Shown here piece by piece: positions 9,507 to 19,278 of a stretch of 64,000 bases of DNA. The DNA is taken from assembly GCA_963663275.1 (NCBI GenBank), contig OY760183.1:576001-640000 (forward strand), in the 5' to 3' direction. Made by a program: the position numbers and the translations under genes. A model generated the notes under the pieces. It saw nothing but the letters and a program-made list of their open reading frames with translations. It did not search any database and was not told where the DNA came from. Within the stretch, counting starts at the first letter, position 1. Every line of letters starts with the position of its first letter. Origin of the DNA: Chloroflexota bacterium (GTDB taxonomy: Bacteria; Chloroflexota; UBA11872; VXOZ01).

Positions 9507-10340
9507 GTGAAGGCACGGCAGCTTGGTTTACTGGGGCTTCTTCTCGTCGTGGCCGTCGCGCTCGCGCGCCGGCTGCGGCGCTGGGCCGGCGACCCGCCCG
9601 CGCGGCGCGCCGCGCACAAAGAGGCAATCGAGCCGCCCGAACTGGTAGCACGCTACAGCCGCTTCATGGCGCTGCTCCCCATGCGCGTCATGCGGGGCTA
9701 CCTGGCGCGCTATGCCACCGCGCCCGCGGCCGGCTCAAGCGCCGCCGCCCCCTGGCGCATCCTGGACGTGGGCTGCGGGCCGGGCTGGTTTCCGCTGGAA
9801 CTCGCGGACCGCGCGCCGGCCGCGGCGGTCGTCGGCGTTGATCTCTCCCATCCGATGACCGTAACCGCGGTTGCCCACGCCCAAGCCGCGCAGAGCGAAC
9901 CGCGCGTGGGTTTCGCCCAAGCGCGCGGCGAAGTCCTGCCGTTCGCCGACGCCACGTTCGACCTGGTAGTAAGCACGTTGGCGCTCCATCATTTGCAGGA
10001 CCCGGTGGCCGCCCTGGAAGAGTTGCGGCGCGTTGCCCATCCGGCCGGCAGGATCATCGTCTTCGACACGCGCCGCGACATTCACCCCTGGCTGTGGACC
10101 ATGTTCAAGGCGAGCCAGGTGTTCATCGACGGCCTGGCGCTCTGCGAGAATGGCGAGCCGTCGGCGTCCCTTGCCGCCTCGTACACCGCGCGGGAAGCGC
10201 ACCGGCTGGGCCTGCAAGCCGGCTGGGAACGGGCGCGGGTACGCAATGGCCTGGGGTGGATCGTGCTCGAGCGTCCGGCCGCGCGGGCGGCGCCGTTCTC
10301 AGCGCCGCGTCCACAGCGCCGGGGGAGCGCCGCGCCGTAA
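9507..10340 (+). CDS. Class I SAM-dependent methyltransferase with N-terminal membrane anchor
   Basis: ILDVGCGPG, GVDLS and LPFADATFDLVVS motifs. Confidence 0.85.
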   Translation: MKARQLGLLGLLLVVAVALARRLRRWAGDPPARRAAHKEAIEPPELVARYSRFMALLPMRVMRGYLARYATAPAAGSSAAAPWRILDVGCGPGWFPLELADRAPAAAVVGVDLSHPMTVTAVAHAQAAQSEPRVGFAQARGEVLPFADATFDLVVSTLALHHLQDPVAALEELRRVAHPAGRIIVFDTRRDIHPWLWTMFKASQVFIDGLALCENGEPSASLAASYTAREAHRLGLQAGWERARVRNGLGWIVLERPAARAAPFSAPRPQRRGSAAP

Positions 10341-10362
10341 GGATTTCAAGTCCGGCCCCGAT

Positions 10363-10672
10363 GGAGAGCTTTGCATAGCCCCTTCCCCATTGAGGGCTGA
10401 CAGGGGTAGGCATTCTACATCCGACTTCACGTGTCATTCCGAGCGGAGCGCAGCGGAGAGTCGCTAAGAGCGCGGAATCTAAGGCTTTCGCTGCAAAAAC
10501 GTCGGTCCTAGATTCCTCGCTCCGCTCGGAATGACAGGTGCCTACCCCTGTCAGCCATTGAGGGGGAAGGTTGGGATGGGGGTGAAAAGGCTTGAACTTA
10601 AGCTATCTTTAGTTGTAAGTGCGGTCTGGAGTCCGGCTTTCTCCGGAATGACGGAGTCATGCAAAGACCTCC
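10363..10672. mobile_element. MITE family A copy containing nested family B element (10396-10555)
   Basis: Outer GGAGAGCTTTGCATAG...CATGCAAAGACCTCC (flanks GAT/AAT); inner GCTGACAGGGGTAGG TIRs with CATTGAGG duplicated. Confidence 0.75.
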
Positions 10673-10721
10673 AATGGCGGTTTTGGCGAAGACGCGGCAC
10701 GCCGTCCGTGGGGTGACAAGA

Positions 10722-10848
10722 GGGCAACCACAAGGGTTGCCCCTACCGATGGGTTGAAAGAATCATGGCGCGGCAACCGCCGGTGAGTCCAAGACGCGGT
10801 TTGCCGTCCGCCGAGTGGCAATAGGGCAACCACAAGGGTTGCCCCTAC
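10722..10848 (-). repeat. Two GTAGGGGCAACCCTTGTGGTTGCCC REP-like copies
   Basis: Same motif on + strand at about 6491. Confidence 0.8.
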
Positions 10849-10879
10849 CGATGTCTTGAATTATCGCTAAGGAACACGC

Positions 10880-12211
10880 ATGAATGCCGACATGAACGAC
10901 GCCGCGCAACCGTCCGGCTTGCCGCCGCTCGAACGGGCACGGGGCTTGCGCGTGCGGCCCGAAACCCTGGCGCGCATCCGGGCGGGCCACCAGGCCATAC
11001 TCGACGAACTCAAACCCACCGCGGCGCAAGTCGAACGCGGTTTGGAATTGCACTACAGCAGTTTCGTCGCCGACGTCCAAGGCTCCGTGCAGATGAGTTC
11101 GACCCACGGCATCGTCGGCGACCGGCTGCGGCAAGGCCTGGAACCGCATCGCGCAGAACTGGCCAAGCAAAACCTGTACCCCGATGAGCGCCAGCGCCGC
11201 CTGGACGCAATCCACTTCCGACGCAAGACGTTCGAATCGGCCTTCGACGAGCAGTGGATCGAGGAGTCGCGCGCGCTCTACCGGATCGCCGGGGTACACC
11301 TGGGCGTCTCGGACGTGGCCGGTCCCGAGCAGAACACCTTTGCCGCGGCCCTGGACCGCTTAGCGCGCATCAACTTCGTCTACGATCGCCGCGGCGACCT
11401 CGCGCGCGCCGTCAAGCCTGCGGACATCGAGCAAGCGCGCCGCGACGGCAAGCCCAGCGTGCTGTTTCACCTGGCCGGCGTCGGCTGCTTTGCCGAAACG
11501 TATGATCCCCTGAAGAACCTCGACCTCTTCTACGCCCTCGGCGTGCGCATGTCCCAACTCACCTACATCCAAGATAACGGCCTTTGCAGTTCGTACTTGC
11601 AGGAGCGCGATACCGGCCTGACGCCGCTAGGCAAGCAGGTGGTGCGGCGCATGAACGAACTGGGCATCATGGTGGACCTGGCCCACAGCGGCGACCGATC
11701 GTCGTTCGACATCATAGAAGCCTCGAATGCGCCGGTGATGCTCAGCCACACGGGCTGCCGTTCCGTCTACGATGATTCCACGAACCGGGGCTATCTGGAT
11801 AAGGTGTTCGCCCAACCCTACGCCCGCGGCGCGACGCCGCCGACGAGACCGGTCAGCCGCAACGCCAGCGACGACCTCATCCGAGCGGTGGCCGCGCAGG
11901 GCGGGCTGACGGCAATCTACGCCATCGACTACATGCTGGGCACAGGCCCGGAATCCTTCCATACCTGGCACCGCCACCTGGAGCGCGCCATCGGGCTTGC
12001 CGGCGGCGACCGCGTTGCCGTCGGCACCGATCGCACCTTCTTCCCCGGCTGGCGCCCCGGCCCGCTGGACTGGACGAACTGGCCCTACTGGACCGTGGGC
12101 CTCGTCTGCAAGGGACACGCGGACGACGAAATCCGGCAGATCATCGGCGGCAACTTCCTGCGCTACGCCCGCCAGGCGCTCGACGCGCGCCCTTGGGGGG
12201 CGTTCATGTAA
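10880..12211 (+). CDS. Membrane dipeptidase (peptidase M19)-like protein
   Basis: GVRMSQLTY, GLTPLGKQVVRRMNELGIMVDLAH, SHTG, RNASDD and VGTD motifs. Confidence 0.8.
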   Translation: MNADMNDAAQPSGLPPLERARGLRVRPETLARIRAGHQAILDELKPTAAQVERGLELHYSSFVADVQGSVQMSSTHGIVGDRLRQGLEPHRAELAKQNLYPDERQRRLDAIHFRRKTFESAFDEQWIEESRALYRIAGVHLGVSDVAGPEQNTFAAALDRLARINFVYDRRGDLARAVKPADIEQARRDGKPSVLFHLAGVGCFAETYDPLKNLDLFYALGVRMSQLTYIQDNGLCSSYLQERDTGLTPLGKQVVRRMNELGIMVDLAHSGDRSSFDIIEASNAPVMLSHTGCRSVYDDSTNRGYLDKVFAQPYARGATPPTRPVSRNASDDLIRAVAAQGGLTAIYAIDYMLGTGPESFHTWHRHLERAIGLAGGDRVAVGTDRTFFPGWRPGPLDWTNWPYWTVGLVCKGHADDEIRQIIGGNFLRYARQALDARPWGAFM

Positions 12212-12302
12212 TCCTCTGTTAGAATTTAACTGCAGATGCGTGAGATAATGGACTTACCGTTGACATTGATGCGAAGCCAATTGCCAACCGATAGGAAGAG
12301 GC

Positions 12303-12824
12303 ATGGCAGACGTAGTATTCCGGGCAAAGACGCGCGGCGGAGCGAGTATCCAGAGGGCCGCAGTGCTGACAGCCTATCCTGATGGAAGATACCTCACCGG
12401 GCAGACAGACACGAACGGCAAGTGCCGGTTGGATTTGTACCGCGTCGATCTGGAAATGAAGGTACTGATAGCCGCGGAAGGCCACCTGCCCTTCCATAGA
12501 TCCCTTGTTCTGGGGAATGCGGAAGCCGTCACTTTGGAGTTAGAGCCGTCCAAGGATGATAGAAAGGCGCTGCTCTTTACCCGCGGCACAGGCTACATCC
12601 CAGGCATCGAGGGACGCCTCGCCCCACACAAAGACGGCTATGTCTACGGCGACAATATCGCCATAAACGGGAAACTCGCAACGCCTGCCGCGCACTTCGA
12701 GATAGGGCAATGCCTCCAACTGCTAGACGTATTTGGCGTCGAGACAACCGTCCGCTTCTTAGTAGTCGAGGAACAGTTTTCACTCATTGAATACACTGAG
12801 CCCAAGGCATACGCAGGGGAGTGA
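12303..12824 (+). CDS. Hypothetical beta-rich protein
   Basis: RBS present; TDTNGKCRL prealbumin-like strand pattern; lower GC; overlaps next gene. Confidence 0.6.
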   Translation: MADVVFRAKTRGGASIQRAAVLTAYPDGRYLTGQTDTNGKCRLDLYRVDLEMKVLIAAEGHLPFHRSLVLGNAEAVTLELEPSKDDRKALLFTRGTGYIPGIEGRLAPHKDGYVYGDNIAINGKLATPAAHFEIGQCLQLLDVFGVETTVRFLVVEEQFSLIEYTEPKAYAGE

Positions 12825-12826
12825 GC

Positions 12827-13195
12827 ATGGCCACGGCTGAGCAGCATCGAGAGATCAGCATGCAATTCCTGGACCAGGCGGAGGACGAATTGCACCAGGG
12901 CGACCTCCTGCAGGCCTCAGAGAAAGCATGGGGGGCGGTTTCACACTTTGTGAATTCCATTGCCCGCCAGCGGCATTGGCCGCTGGGGTCGCACAGGCAA
13001 CTGATCGACAATGCCAACCGGCTGATCAACCTGGACCCGGCAAACGCCAGCCGGAGGCGGCGCTTGCTACTCTCAACCGAGGCCCTTCATGCCAACTTCT
13101 ATCACGCGCATCTGGACGGAGTCTTGGTTGGGGAGGGTATTGAGGAGGCCAAGGAACTCATCAGGGCCTTGGACGACCTAAACGCAGACACATAG
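12827..13195 (+). CDS. PaREP1-like (HEPN clan) protein
   Basis: FLDQAEDEL..GDLLQASEKAWGA...SH...LHANFY pattern. Confidence 0.75.
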   Translation: MATAEQHREISMQFLDQAEDELHQGDLLQASEKAWGAVSHFVNSIARQRHWPLGSHRQLIDNANRLINLDPANASRRRRLLLSTEALHANFYHAHLDGVLVGEGIEEAKELIRALDDLNADT

Positions 13196-13228
13196 AAGAC
13201 TGGCTGGAAGTCCGCTTGGGTCGCCCGC

Positions 13229-14368
13229 CTAGTAGATGCCGGGGAAGATGCGGTACTTCACCCGCGCTTGGTACTCCGCCCACTTTTCCGCGCCGTACTT
13301 CTCAATGCACGCCTTTTCGTCGTCACGTTGGTGCGTGATGACGTACGTAGTCATGTACACGAAGTAGGTCCACGCCCAGGGATTCGCGAAGTGGCCGAAG
13401 AGTAGGGCAACGGCCAAGGCGATGAGCATCTCGCCCATGTAGTTGAAGTGCCGCGCGGGGCCCCAGAAACCGTTGCACAGAATCTTGCGGTCGCCGGCCG
13501 CGATGTACTCAGGTTCCAAAAACCCCAGGAATTTGCGGTTCGGCCAGCGCTTGAAGGTGTACTTCTGCATATTCCCGCCGCGTGAGATGCTCCAGCCGAG
13601 CCAGAGCAGCGCAGCCGTGCCGCCGAGCAAGACGTACGTCCACGGCGGCGAGATTTCCGGGCGCGGGTACGCGGCCATGCCCCAGATCGGCATAACGTAC
13701 AGCCATCCCCAGATTACCGGAGCGCCCCAGAACAGCTTGAAGCCCAGATTCTCGTGCATCAGGTCGTACGTATAGAGCTGGACGCGCTCGAAGATGAAGT
13801 AGTCCGCAATGTAGAACGTCATGAACGCCGCAAAGAGGAAAACGCCCGGGTTGGAGTCCGCGCCAAAGCGTTCGTAGTGATACGCGGCGGCGGAGAGCGC
13901 GTTGAGCGCCAACATTGTCCCGCCAACGGCGTAGAGGTACATCTTCACGTCGATGCGGTTGTTGAAGAAGGACAACTCCCGCGCCCGCCCGTGCCAAAAG
14001 GCCGCAATGGGATTCTTCACTTCGCCTTGGGGTTGGCTGAATACCCCGATGATTGCCAGGACAGCGGCAACCACCGTGCCGCCGGCCACCGCATAGAGCG
14101 CCGAGCGGTAGAACCAGTCGCGCGGCATGCCGGTCAACTCCAGCGCCCACACGACCAGCGCGATGATAAACACAAGAAGGCCGTTGAGCTTGTAACTGCG
14201 GGGTTCGCCGGTCGCCGGATCGGTGACGTAACCGGGCACCCGCCTGCCCGGCAGGATGAGTTGCGCCAGAAAGAAAACGATGAGGAGCGCCAAGGGGGTA
14301 AGAAAACCCAGCAGCGCTTCCGTTCCGGTTAGTTCGAAGAGGTGCTCGATTCCAAGCCGTTCAAGCAT
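13229..14368 (-). CDS. ERG4/ERG24-family sterol reductase-like protein (copy 2)
   Basis: YKLNGL, ERVQLYTYD..HE..GF, GFWGPARHFNYMGE, KYG..W.EY...VKYRIFPGIY; 379 aa from ATG 14368. Confidence 0.85.
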   Translation of the reverse strand: MLERLGIEHLFELTGTEALLGFLTPLALLIVFFLAQLILPGRRVPGYVTDPATGEPRSYKLNGLLVFIIALVVWALELTGMPRDWFYRSALYAVAGGTVVAAVLAIIGVFSQPQGEVKNPIAAFWHGRARELSFFNNRIDVKMYLYAVGGTMLALNALSAAAYHYERFGADSNPGVFLFAAFMTFYIADYFIFERVQLYTYDLMHENLGFKLFWGAPVIWGWLYVMPIWGMAAYPRPEISPPWTYVLLGGTAALLWLGWSISRGGNMQKYTFKRWPNRKFLGFLEPEYIAAGDRKILCNGFWGPARHFNYMGEMLIALAVALLFGHFANPWAWTYFVYMTTYVITHQRDDEKACIEKYGAEKWAEYQARVKYRIFPGIY

Positions 14369-14421
14369 GTCCGCATGTCGCTTTCTGTTGGGCAATAGTC
14401 ATTGCTGTGAGAGCACAACGC

Positions 14422-15561
14422 CTAGTAGATACCGGGGATGATGCGGTACTTCACCTTTGCTTGGTATTCCGCCCACTTTTCGGCGCCGTACTTCGCTTCG
14501 CACGCTTCTTCGTCTTCTCGCTGCCGCAGGGTGAAGATCGTCACGATGAAGACGAAGTACGTCCACGCCCAGGGATTGGTGAAGTAGCCGAACGCCAGGC
14601 CGTATGAAAAGGAGAGGAGCCCTTCGCCCAAGTAGTTGAAGTGGCGGGCGGGGCGCCAGAACCCGCTGGTCAGGATCTTACGATCGCCGGCCTCGATGTG
14701 CGTCGGTTCGATAATTCCCAGAAACTTGCGGTCGGGCCAGCGCTTGAAGCAGTACTTCTGCATGTTGGCGCCGCGCGTAATCGTCCACCCGAGGCAGAAG
14801 AACCCAACCGCCGCGATCAGCCAGACATACGTCCACGCCGTTGAAAAACCGGGATGCGGAAGCGCGGCTATGCCCCACAGCGGGATTATGTACAGCCACC
14901 CGTAGACCATCAGAGCGCCCCAGAAAATCTTGAAGCCCAGCTTCTCATGGATAATATCGTACGTGTAGAGTTGCACGCGCTCGAAGATGAAGTAGTCCAC
15001 GACGTAGAACGTCACGAACGCCGCAAAGAGAAAGACGCCCGGATTGAAGTCCTCGCCAAAGCGTTCGTAGTGGTACGCGGCGCCGGAGAGCGCATTCAGC
15101 GACAGCATCGTGCCGCCAACCACGTAGAAGTACATCTTAACGTCGATGCGGTCCTTGAAGAACGACATCTCCTGGGTCCGCCCCAGCCAAAAGGCCGCGA
15201 TGGGATTCTCTCCCTCGCCCCGCGGCTGGCTGAACACCGCAATGAGCGCGAGCATGGTGACAACTACCGTGCCGCCGGCCACCGCGTAGAGCGCCGAGCG
15301 GTAGAACCAGTCGCGCGGCATGCCGGTGAGCTCAAGCGCCCACACAACCAGCGCGATGATATACACCAGCAGACCGTTCAGCTTATACGTGCGCGGTTCG
15401 CCGGTCTCCGGATTGACGACGTAGCCGGGCGCCCACCTTCCCGGCACGATGAGTTGCACCAAAAAGAACGCAACGAAGAGCGCCAACGGGGTGAGAAAGC
15501 CCAGCAGCGCTTCGGCGCCGGTTAGCTCGAAGAGGTGCTCGATACCAAGCCATTCAATCAT
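14422..15561 (-). CDS. ERG4/ERG24-family sterol reductase-like protein (copy 1)
   Basis: Same motifs; colinear 379-aa paralog of the downstream gene. Confidence 0.85.
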   Translation of the reverse strand: MIEWLGIEHLFELTGAEALLGFLTPLALFVAFFLVQLIVPGRWAPGYVVNPETGEPRTYKLNGLLVYIIALVVWALELTGMPRDWFYRSALYAVAGGTVVVTMLALIAVFSQPRGEGENPIAAFWLGRTQEMSFFKDRIDVKMYFYVVGGTMLSLNALSGAAYHYERFGEDFNPGVFLFAAFVTFYVVDYFIFERVQLYTYDIIHEKLGFKIFWGALMVYGWLYIIPLWGIAALPHPGFSTAWTYVWLIAAVGFFCLGWTITRGANMQKYCFKRWPDRKFLGIIEPTHIEAGDRKILTSGFWRPARHFNYLGEGLLSFSYGLAFGYFTNPWAWTYFVFIVTIFTLRQREDEEACEAKYGAEKWAEYQAKVKYRIIPGIY

Positions 15562-15913
15562 GACCGCTTAACCCTTCCTGCAGTGACGTGGTGGTAATGG
15601 GTACAGCACAAGGGAAGTCAATATAATACTCTACCGCGTGGGACATGAGGGAGTCAACGCGCTTCCGGGGGCTACTGGCGGCAAATCCACAGGAACCTGC
15701 TCCAGGAGAAGGTCTCTCTTGGATTGTGGCGGCGGTAACCCTGCATCCTATAGTGGCGCTAGGCCACACTCCAGACAGTAAGAAAGGGCTCATACCGCTC
15801 GCACTGACGAGCGAGAGGTATTGTTGCAGCGCGAACTCGTCGCTACCGGAAAGGTCGGGGGGAGCCGCTGCCAACCCCGAGCATTGGGTGAGGCGCGGCT
15901 GTTGCCGTGACAG

Positions 15914-16741
15914 TCAGGAGGACGGCTTGGTGGCTATGGCTTCTCCATAGGCAAAGGCGCATAAGGCGCCGGGATGCTCCTTCCACCGATCATAGGCGAC
16001 TTTCAAATCGTCGACCAGCTTTTCCGACGATGCCCCGTACTTGAAGGCCGCTTCCGTGACTTCAGACGACAAGAGCCAGCGGTTGATCAAGCGGTGGATG
16101 CTACCGATCGCCTCGGGAGTGTTGTAGACGCTAAAGGAGGCGTTCATGCGGACATCGGTAAACCCGGCATTCAGGATATGGCTCTTCATATCCTTGCCCA
16201 TTTGGGGATGCCCGTCATCTGCCTGCACCAGGTCTTCGAACATATCCCATGACCTTCGCAAGATGCCGAAGTCGGGATGCGTGAAGGCCGACTCGCAGAT
16301 CATTTCACGGCAGGCCAGGATGCCCCCGGGCTTCAGGACGCGTTTCACTTCGGACAGCGCGGCCGCCGTGTCCGGGACGTGCATGAGTACGCTGCGGCAG
16401 TGAGCGACATCGAAGAAGTTGTCCTCGAACTGAAGGTCGGTTACGTCGCCAACGTGAAATACGGCGTTGTCCTGCCCCCGCTCCGCGGCCAAAGACCGTG
16501 CCATCTCAATCAGGGATTCATTCATGTCCACGCCGTGCATCTCGCCGGGCGCTACGGCCTTGGCTAAGCCCACCGAAATGTTGCCCGGACCGCAGCCAAA
16601 ATCCAGCAGATGCAGGCCGGGACTGAGAAAGGGGAGCAAGTGCGCGGCGTTGGTTTCCGCCGTCGCCCGTGTCTGAGTCTCCAGAATTACGTCGCTGTAG
16701 CCTATCGTATAATCGGGAGTCGACGAGTGCTCGCGTTTCAT
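15914..16741 (-). CDS. Class I SAM-dependent methyltransferase (UbiE-like)
   Basis: LLDFGCGPG, FEDNFFDVAH and VLKPGG motifs. Confidence 0.88.
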   Translation of the reverse strand: MKREHSSTPDYTIGYSDVILETQTRATAETNAAHLLPFLSPGLHLLDFGCGPGNISVGLAKAVAPGEMHGVDMNESLIEMARSLAAERGQDNAVFHVGDVTDLQFEDNFFDVAHCRSVLMHVPDTAAALSEVKRVLKPGGILACREMICESAFTHPDFGILRRSWDMFEDLVQADDGHPQMGKDMKSHILNAGFTDVRMNASFSVYNTPEAIGSIHRLINRWLLSSEVTEAAFKYGASSEKLVDDLKVAYDRWKEHPGALCAFAYGEAIATKPSS

Positions 16742-17550
16742 GGTGGCGTCTGCTTTGACCCCCCTTCAACAACAGTCCCAGGTCTATCGCCTGCGGACCG
16801 GCTCGGAATTGGGCATTGGCGTTCACCACCCCTGCTACCACCCGGCCCTTCACAGGGAATTGCCGCCGCAGGGTGTCCCTTCACTTGACCTATCTGGTGG
16901 CGTTGCCGTCGCTTCCCTGTCTCGCAGGATAGTATTCGGCTCATGACATTCTACAACGATGCGTCAACTTTCAGCAACAATAGTGACCGGGGAATCAGTT
17001 GACTTGGGCTTGCACTTCCGGCGGGCCACTTTGTGCGTCAATCCGAACGGAACGCGCCGGGTAAGGAAACCGAATTCCAAAGCCAACTTGGGTCATGGAG
17101 CACTGACACTGGATTTCGGGCACACTGTGCGGCGCCGCAAGGGAGTCTCGCCAATGCACTGCTCGATACGTACAGGAATGGCGTGGCCTGTCAACACAGA
17201 CTCGTGAAGCAGGGATTCCGTCTACGGATTACACCACACGTACAGGAGAGCGTTGATTCAAGAGTCTCTCTGGGACTGCGGTGACGGCAAGCCGGCATCC
17301 AATGGTTGCGGTCGTCCACGCTTCTTGACAGCGCGTGAGGGGGAGTCTTATACTTCCAACATTGACGAGCGAGATGAGTTATTGCGTCTCGAACTCGTTG
17401 CAATTAGTGACTACGGGCAGAGTCGCTTCCAGGCTTGCAGTCTGACTTTCGGATTTCGGCAAGCGTACGCCTCGCTAAGGGCAAGCGGCTTGCGATGATC
17501 CGATCGAGCCTGCCCGATAGCGTAGTGGTCATTCATTAGGAGGCCATACT

Positions 17551-18855
17551 ATGGCGCGCATGAGTAGACGGCAAATCCTGGCGGGAGTTGGTCTGGGCGT
17601 GGGAGCGACCGTGCTCGCCGCCTGCGGACAGGTGCAGACGGCGCCGGCGGCGGAAGCGCCGGCGGGCGACGCGGACGCGGCGCCAAAGGAACCGGCGGGG
17701 ATCACCGGCGTCTTTCACGTGTGGGGCTACCGCTCCCAATACCTGCCGGGGGTGGTGCTGGACGAGTTTCAGGAAATGCATCCGGGCGCCGTGGTCGTGC
17801 AGTCCCAGCCGGCCGGCAATTTCCGCGGCGAGAAGTTCCCGGCGGCGGTGGCGGCCGGCGCGCCGCCGGCGCTCATGCAAGGCTTCCTCGACTTTGTCGC
17901 CATGTACGCCGACCGGGGATTCCTGGCTGATCTCGGCCCCGCGGCCAAGGCGGGGGACTTTGGCGATCTGGGCGCGTATCTGCCCGGCATCGTGGAGGCC
18001 GGCACCTTCGACGGTGTCCTGCACTTCCTCCCGCACCGGCAGAGTGTGAACATTCCCCTCTACAACAAGGACATCTTCGAGAACGCCGGCATCAATGAGC
18101 CGCCCACCCTGTGGGAAGACGTGGCGGAAATCGCAAGACAACTGACCAAGAAGAACGCGGACGGCTCCGACCAGTTCGGCCTGACGATCACGACCAGCAA
18201 GAACACGCTCAACTCGTGGTTCAACCCGGTGCTCTGGCAGGCCGGCGGCGAGTTCTTTGCGGAGGACGGCCGCACGGTGACGTTCGATGAAGACCCCGGT
18301 CTGGCCGCGCTGGAATTCCTGACCGATCTCTTCAATAAGAAGATTGCCGCCGAGGGCACCACGCCGTACTTCGAAGGCTACGGCGCCATGATCAACGCGC
18401 GCACGCCCACCCACGTAAAGCGCCCCTTCGACAACGGCAACATCCCCTGGCTCGCGGCCAGCCCCGCCTGGCAGAAGGAGAAGCAACTTGGCTTTGGCTC
18501 GCTCTCCGGCTGGGTGGTGCCGATAAGCCCGCAGTCCGACGCGGCGATCCAACTGCTGGCGCATACCCTGAAGCCCGAGAACGTGAAGGCGTTCCTCAAA
18601 CTCGTGTTCCTGCTGCCGGTGCGCGGCGACATCGAGGTGGACTTCGTCGACGAGAAGTACAACGACTGGATGCCGACGTTCATCGAGCAGAGCAAGAACA
18701 TGCACTACGACATTCCGCACCCGCACATCCGCGCCATCATGCCGCTCGTCTCGGCTGAGATGTACAAGGCAATCGGCGGCGAGGTTACGCCGCAGGAAGC
18801 CATCAGAACCGCGGGTGAGATCGGGAACCAATACCTGGCGGACAACATGAGCTAG
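17551..18855 (+). CDS. ABC transporter extracellular solute-binding lipoprotein (carbohydrate type)
   Basis: Tat SRRQIL plus LAAC lipobox; YNKDIFENAGI..PP..W motif; no permease adjacent. Confidence 0.85.
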   Translation: MARMSRRQILAGVGLGVGATVLAACGQVQTAPAAEAPAGDADAAPKEPAGITGVFHVWGYRSQYLPGVVLDEFQEMHPGAVVVQSQPAGNFRGEKFPAAVAAGAPPALMQGFLDFVAMYADRGFLADLGPAAKAGDFGDLGAYLPGIVEAGTFDGVLHFLPHRQSVNIPLYNKDIFENAGINEPPTLWEDVAEIARQLTKKNADGSDQFGLTITTSKNTLNSWFNPVLWQAGGEFFAEDGRTVTFDEDPGLAALEFLTDLFNKKIAAEGTTPYFEGYGAMINARTPTHVKRPFDNGNIPWLAASPAWQKEKQLGFGSLSGWVVPISPQSDAAIQLLAHTLKPENVKAFLKLVFLLPVRGDIEVDFVDEKYNDWMPTFIEQSKNMHYDIPHPHIRAIMPLVSAEMYKAIGGEVTPQEAIRTAGEIGNQYLADNMS

Positions 18856-18972
18856 GGACTACCCCGCAATTCCAACAAACCGGTTGGAATCAAGAGCCGC
18901 AATGTTGAGGTTCATTCGGGACCGATTACGGAGTCCTGTTTGCCTCTTAGTGCAGAAGTGCGCCTCGACGGT

Positions 18973-19012
18973 CACTGGGCCTATGCTAGACTCCGGACGC
19001 ATAGGCCCAGTG
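18973..19012. other. Perfect 14-bp inverted repeat (possible terminator or stability hairpin)
   Basis: CACTGGGCCTATGC-12 nt-GCATAGGCCCAGTG; no U tract. Confidence 0.45.
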
Positions 19013-19027
19013 GCATTCCGCGACTGA

Positions 19028-19264
19028 GGAGACCTTAGCGCAACTACGACCAGAGGGCAGGTCTTACTCCCTCTCCTCGGGGAGAGGGCCGGGGTGAGGG
19101 GATTCTCTGCTTGTGCTGCGCCCTATAGTTGCTAACTCGATTCAAGATGCGCGAAAACGGTAGAGGAGTCGCACACTTTGCGGTATTTTCACCCTCACCC
19201 TAACCCTCTCCCGTCGAGGGAGAGGGGACTTGCTTGCTTTGGCAAGGGCAATGTGAAGGTCTCC
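19028..19264. mobile_element. MITE family A variant with different REP cargo
   Basis: GGAGACCTT...AAGGTCTCC with TGA duplicated; inverted pair of CCCTCTCC..GGAGAGGG hairpins inside. Confidence 0.65.
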
Positions 19265-19278
19265 TGAAGGGGCAAGAT

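Noticed and set aside
12209-13228. Integron cassette
   Set aside because: No paired RYYYAAC/GTTRRRY attC structure and no intI found
15790-15860. Hammerhead ribozyme (CTGACGAG...GAAA)
   Set aside because: Could not build the three stems around the core by eye
16742-16950. Cobalamin or SAM riboswitch upstream of the methyltransferase
   Set aside because: Conserved core motifs not found
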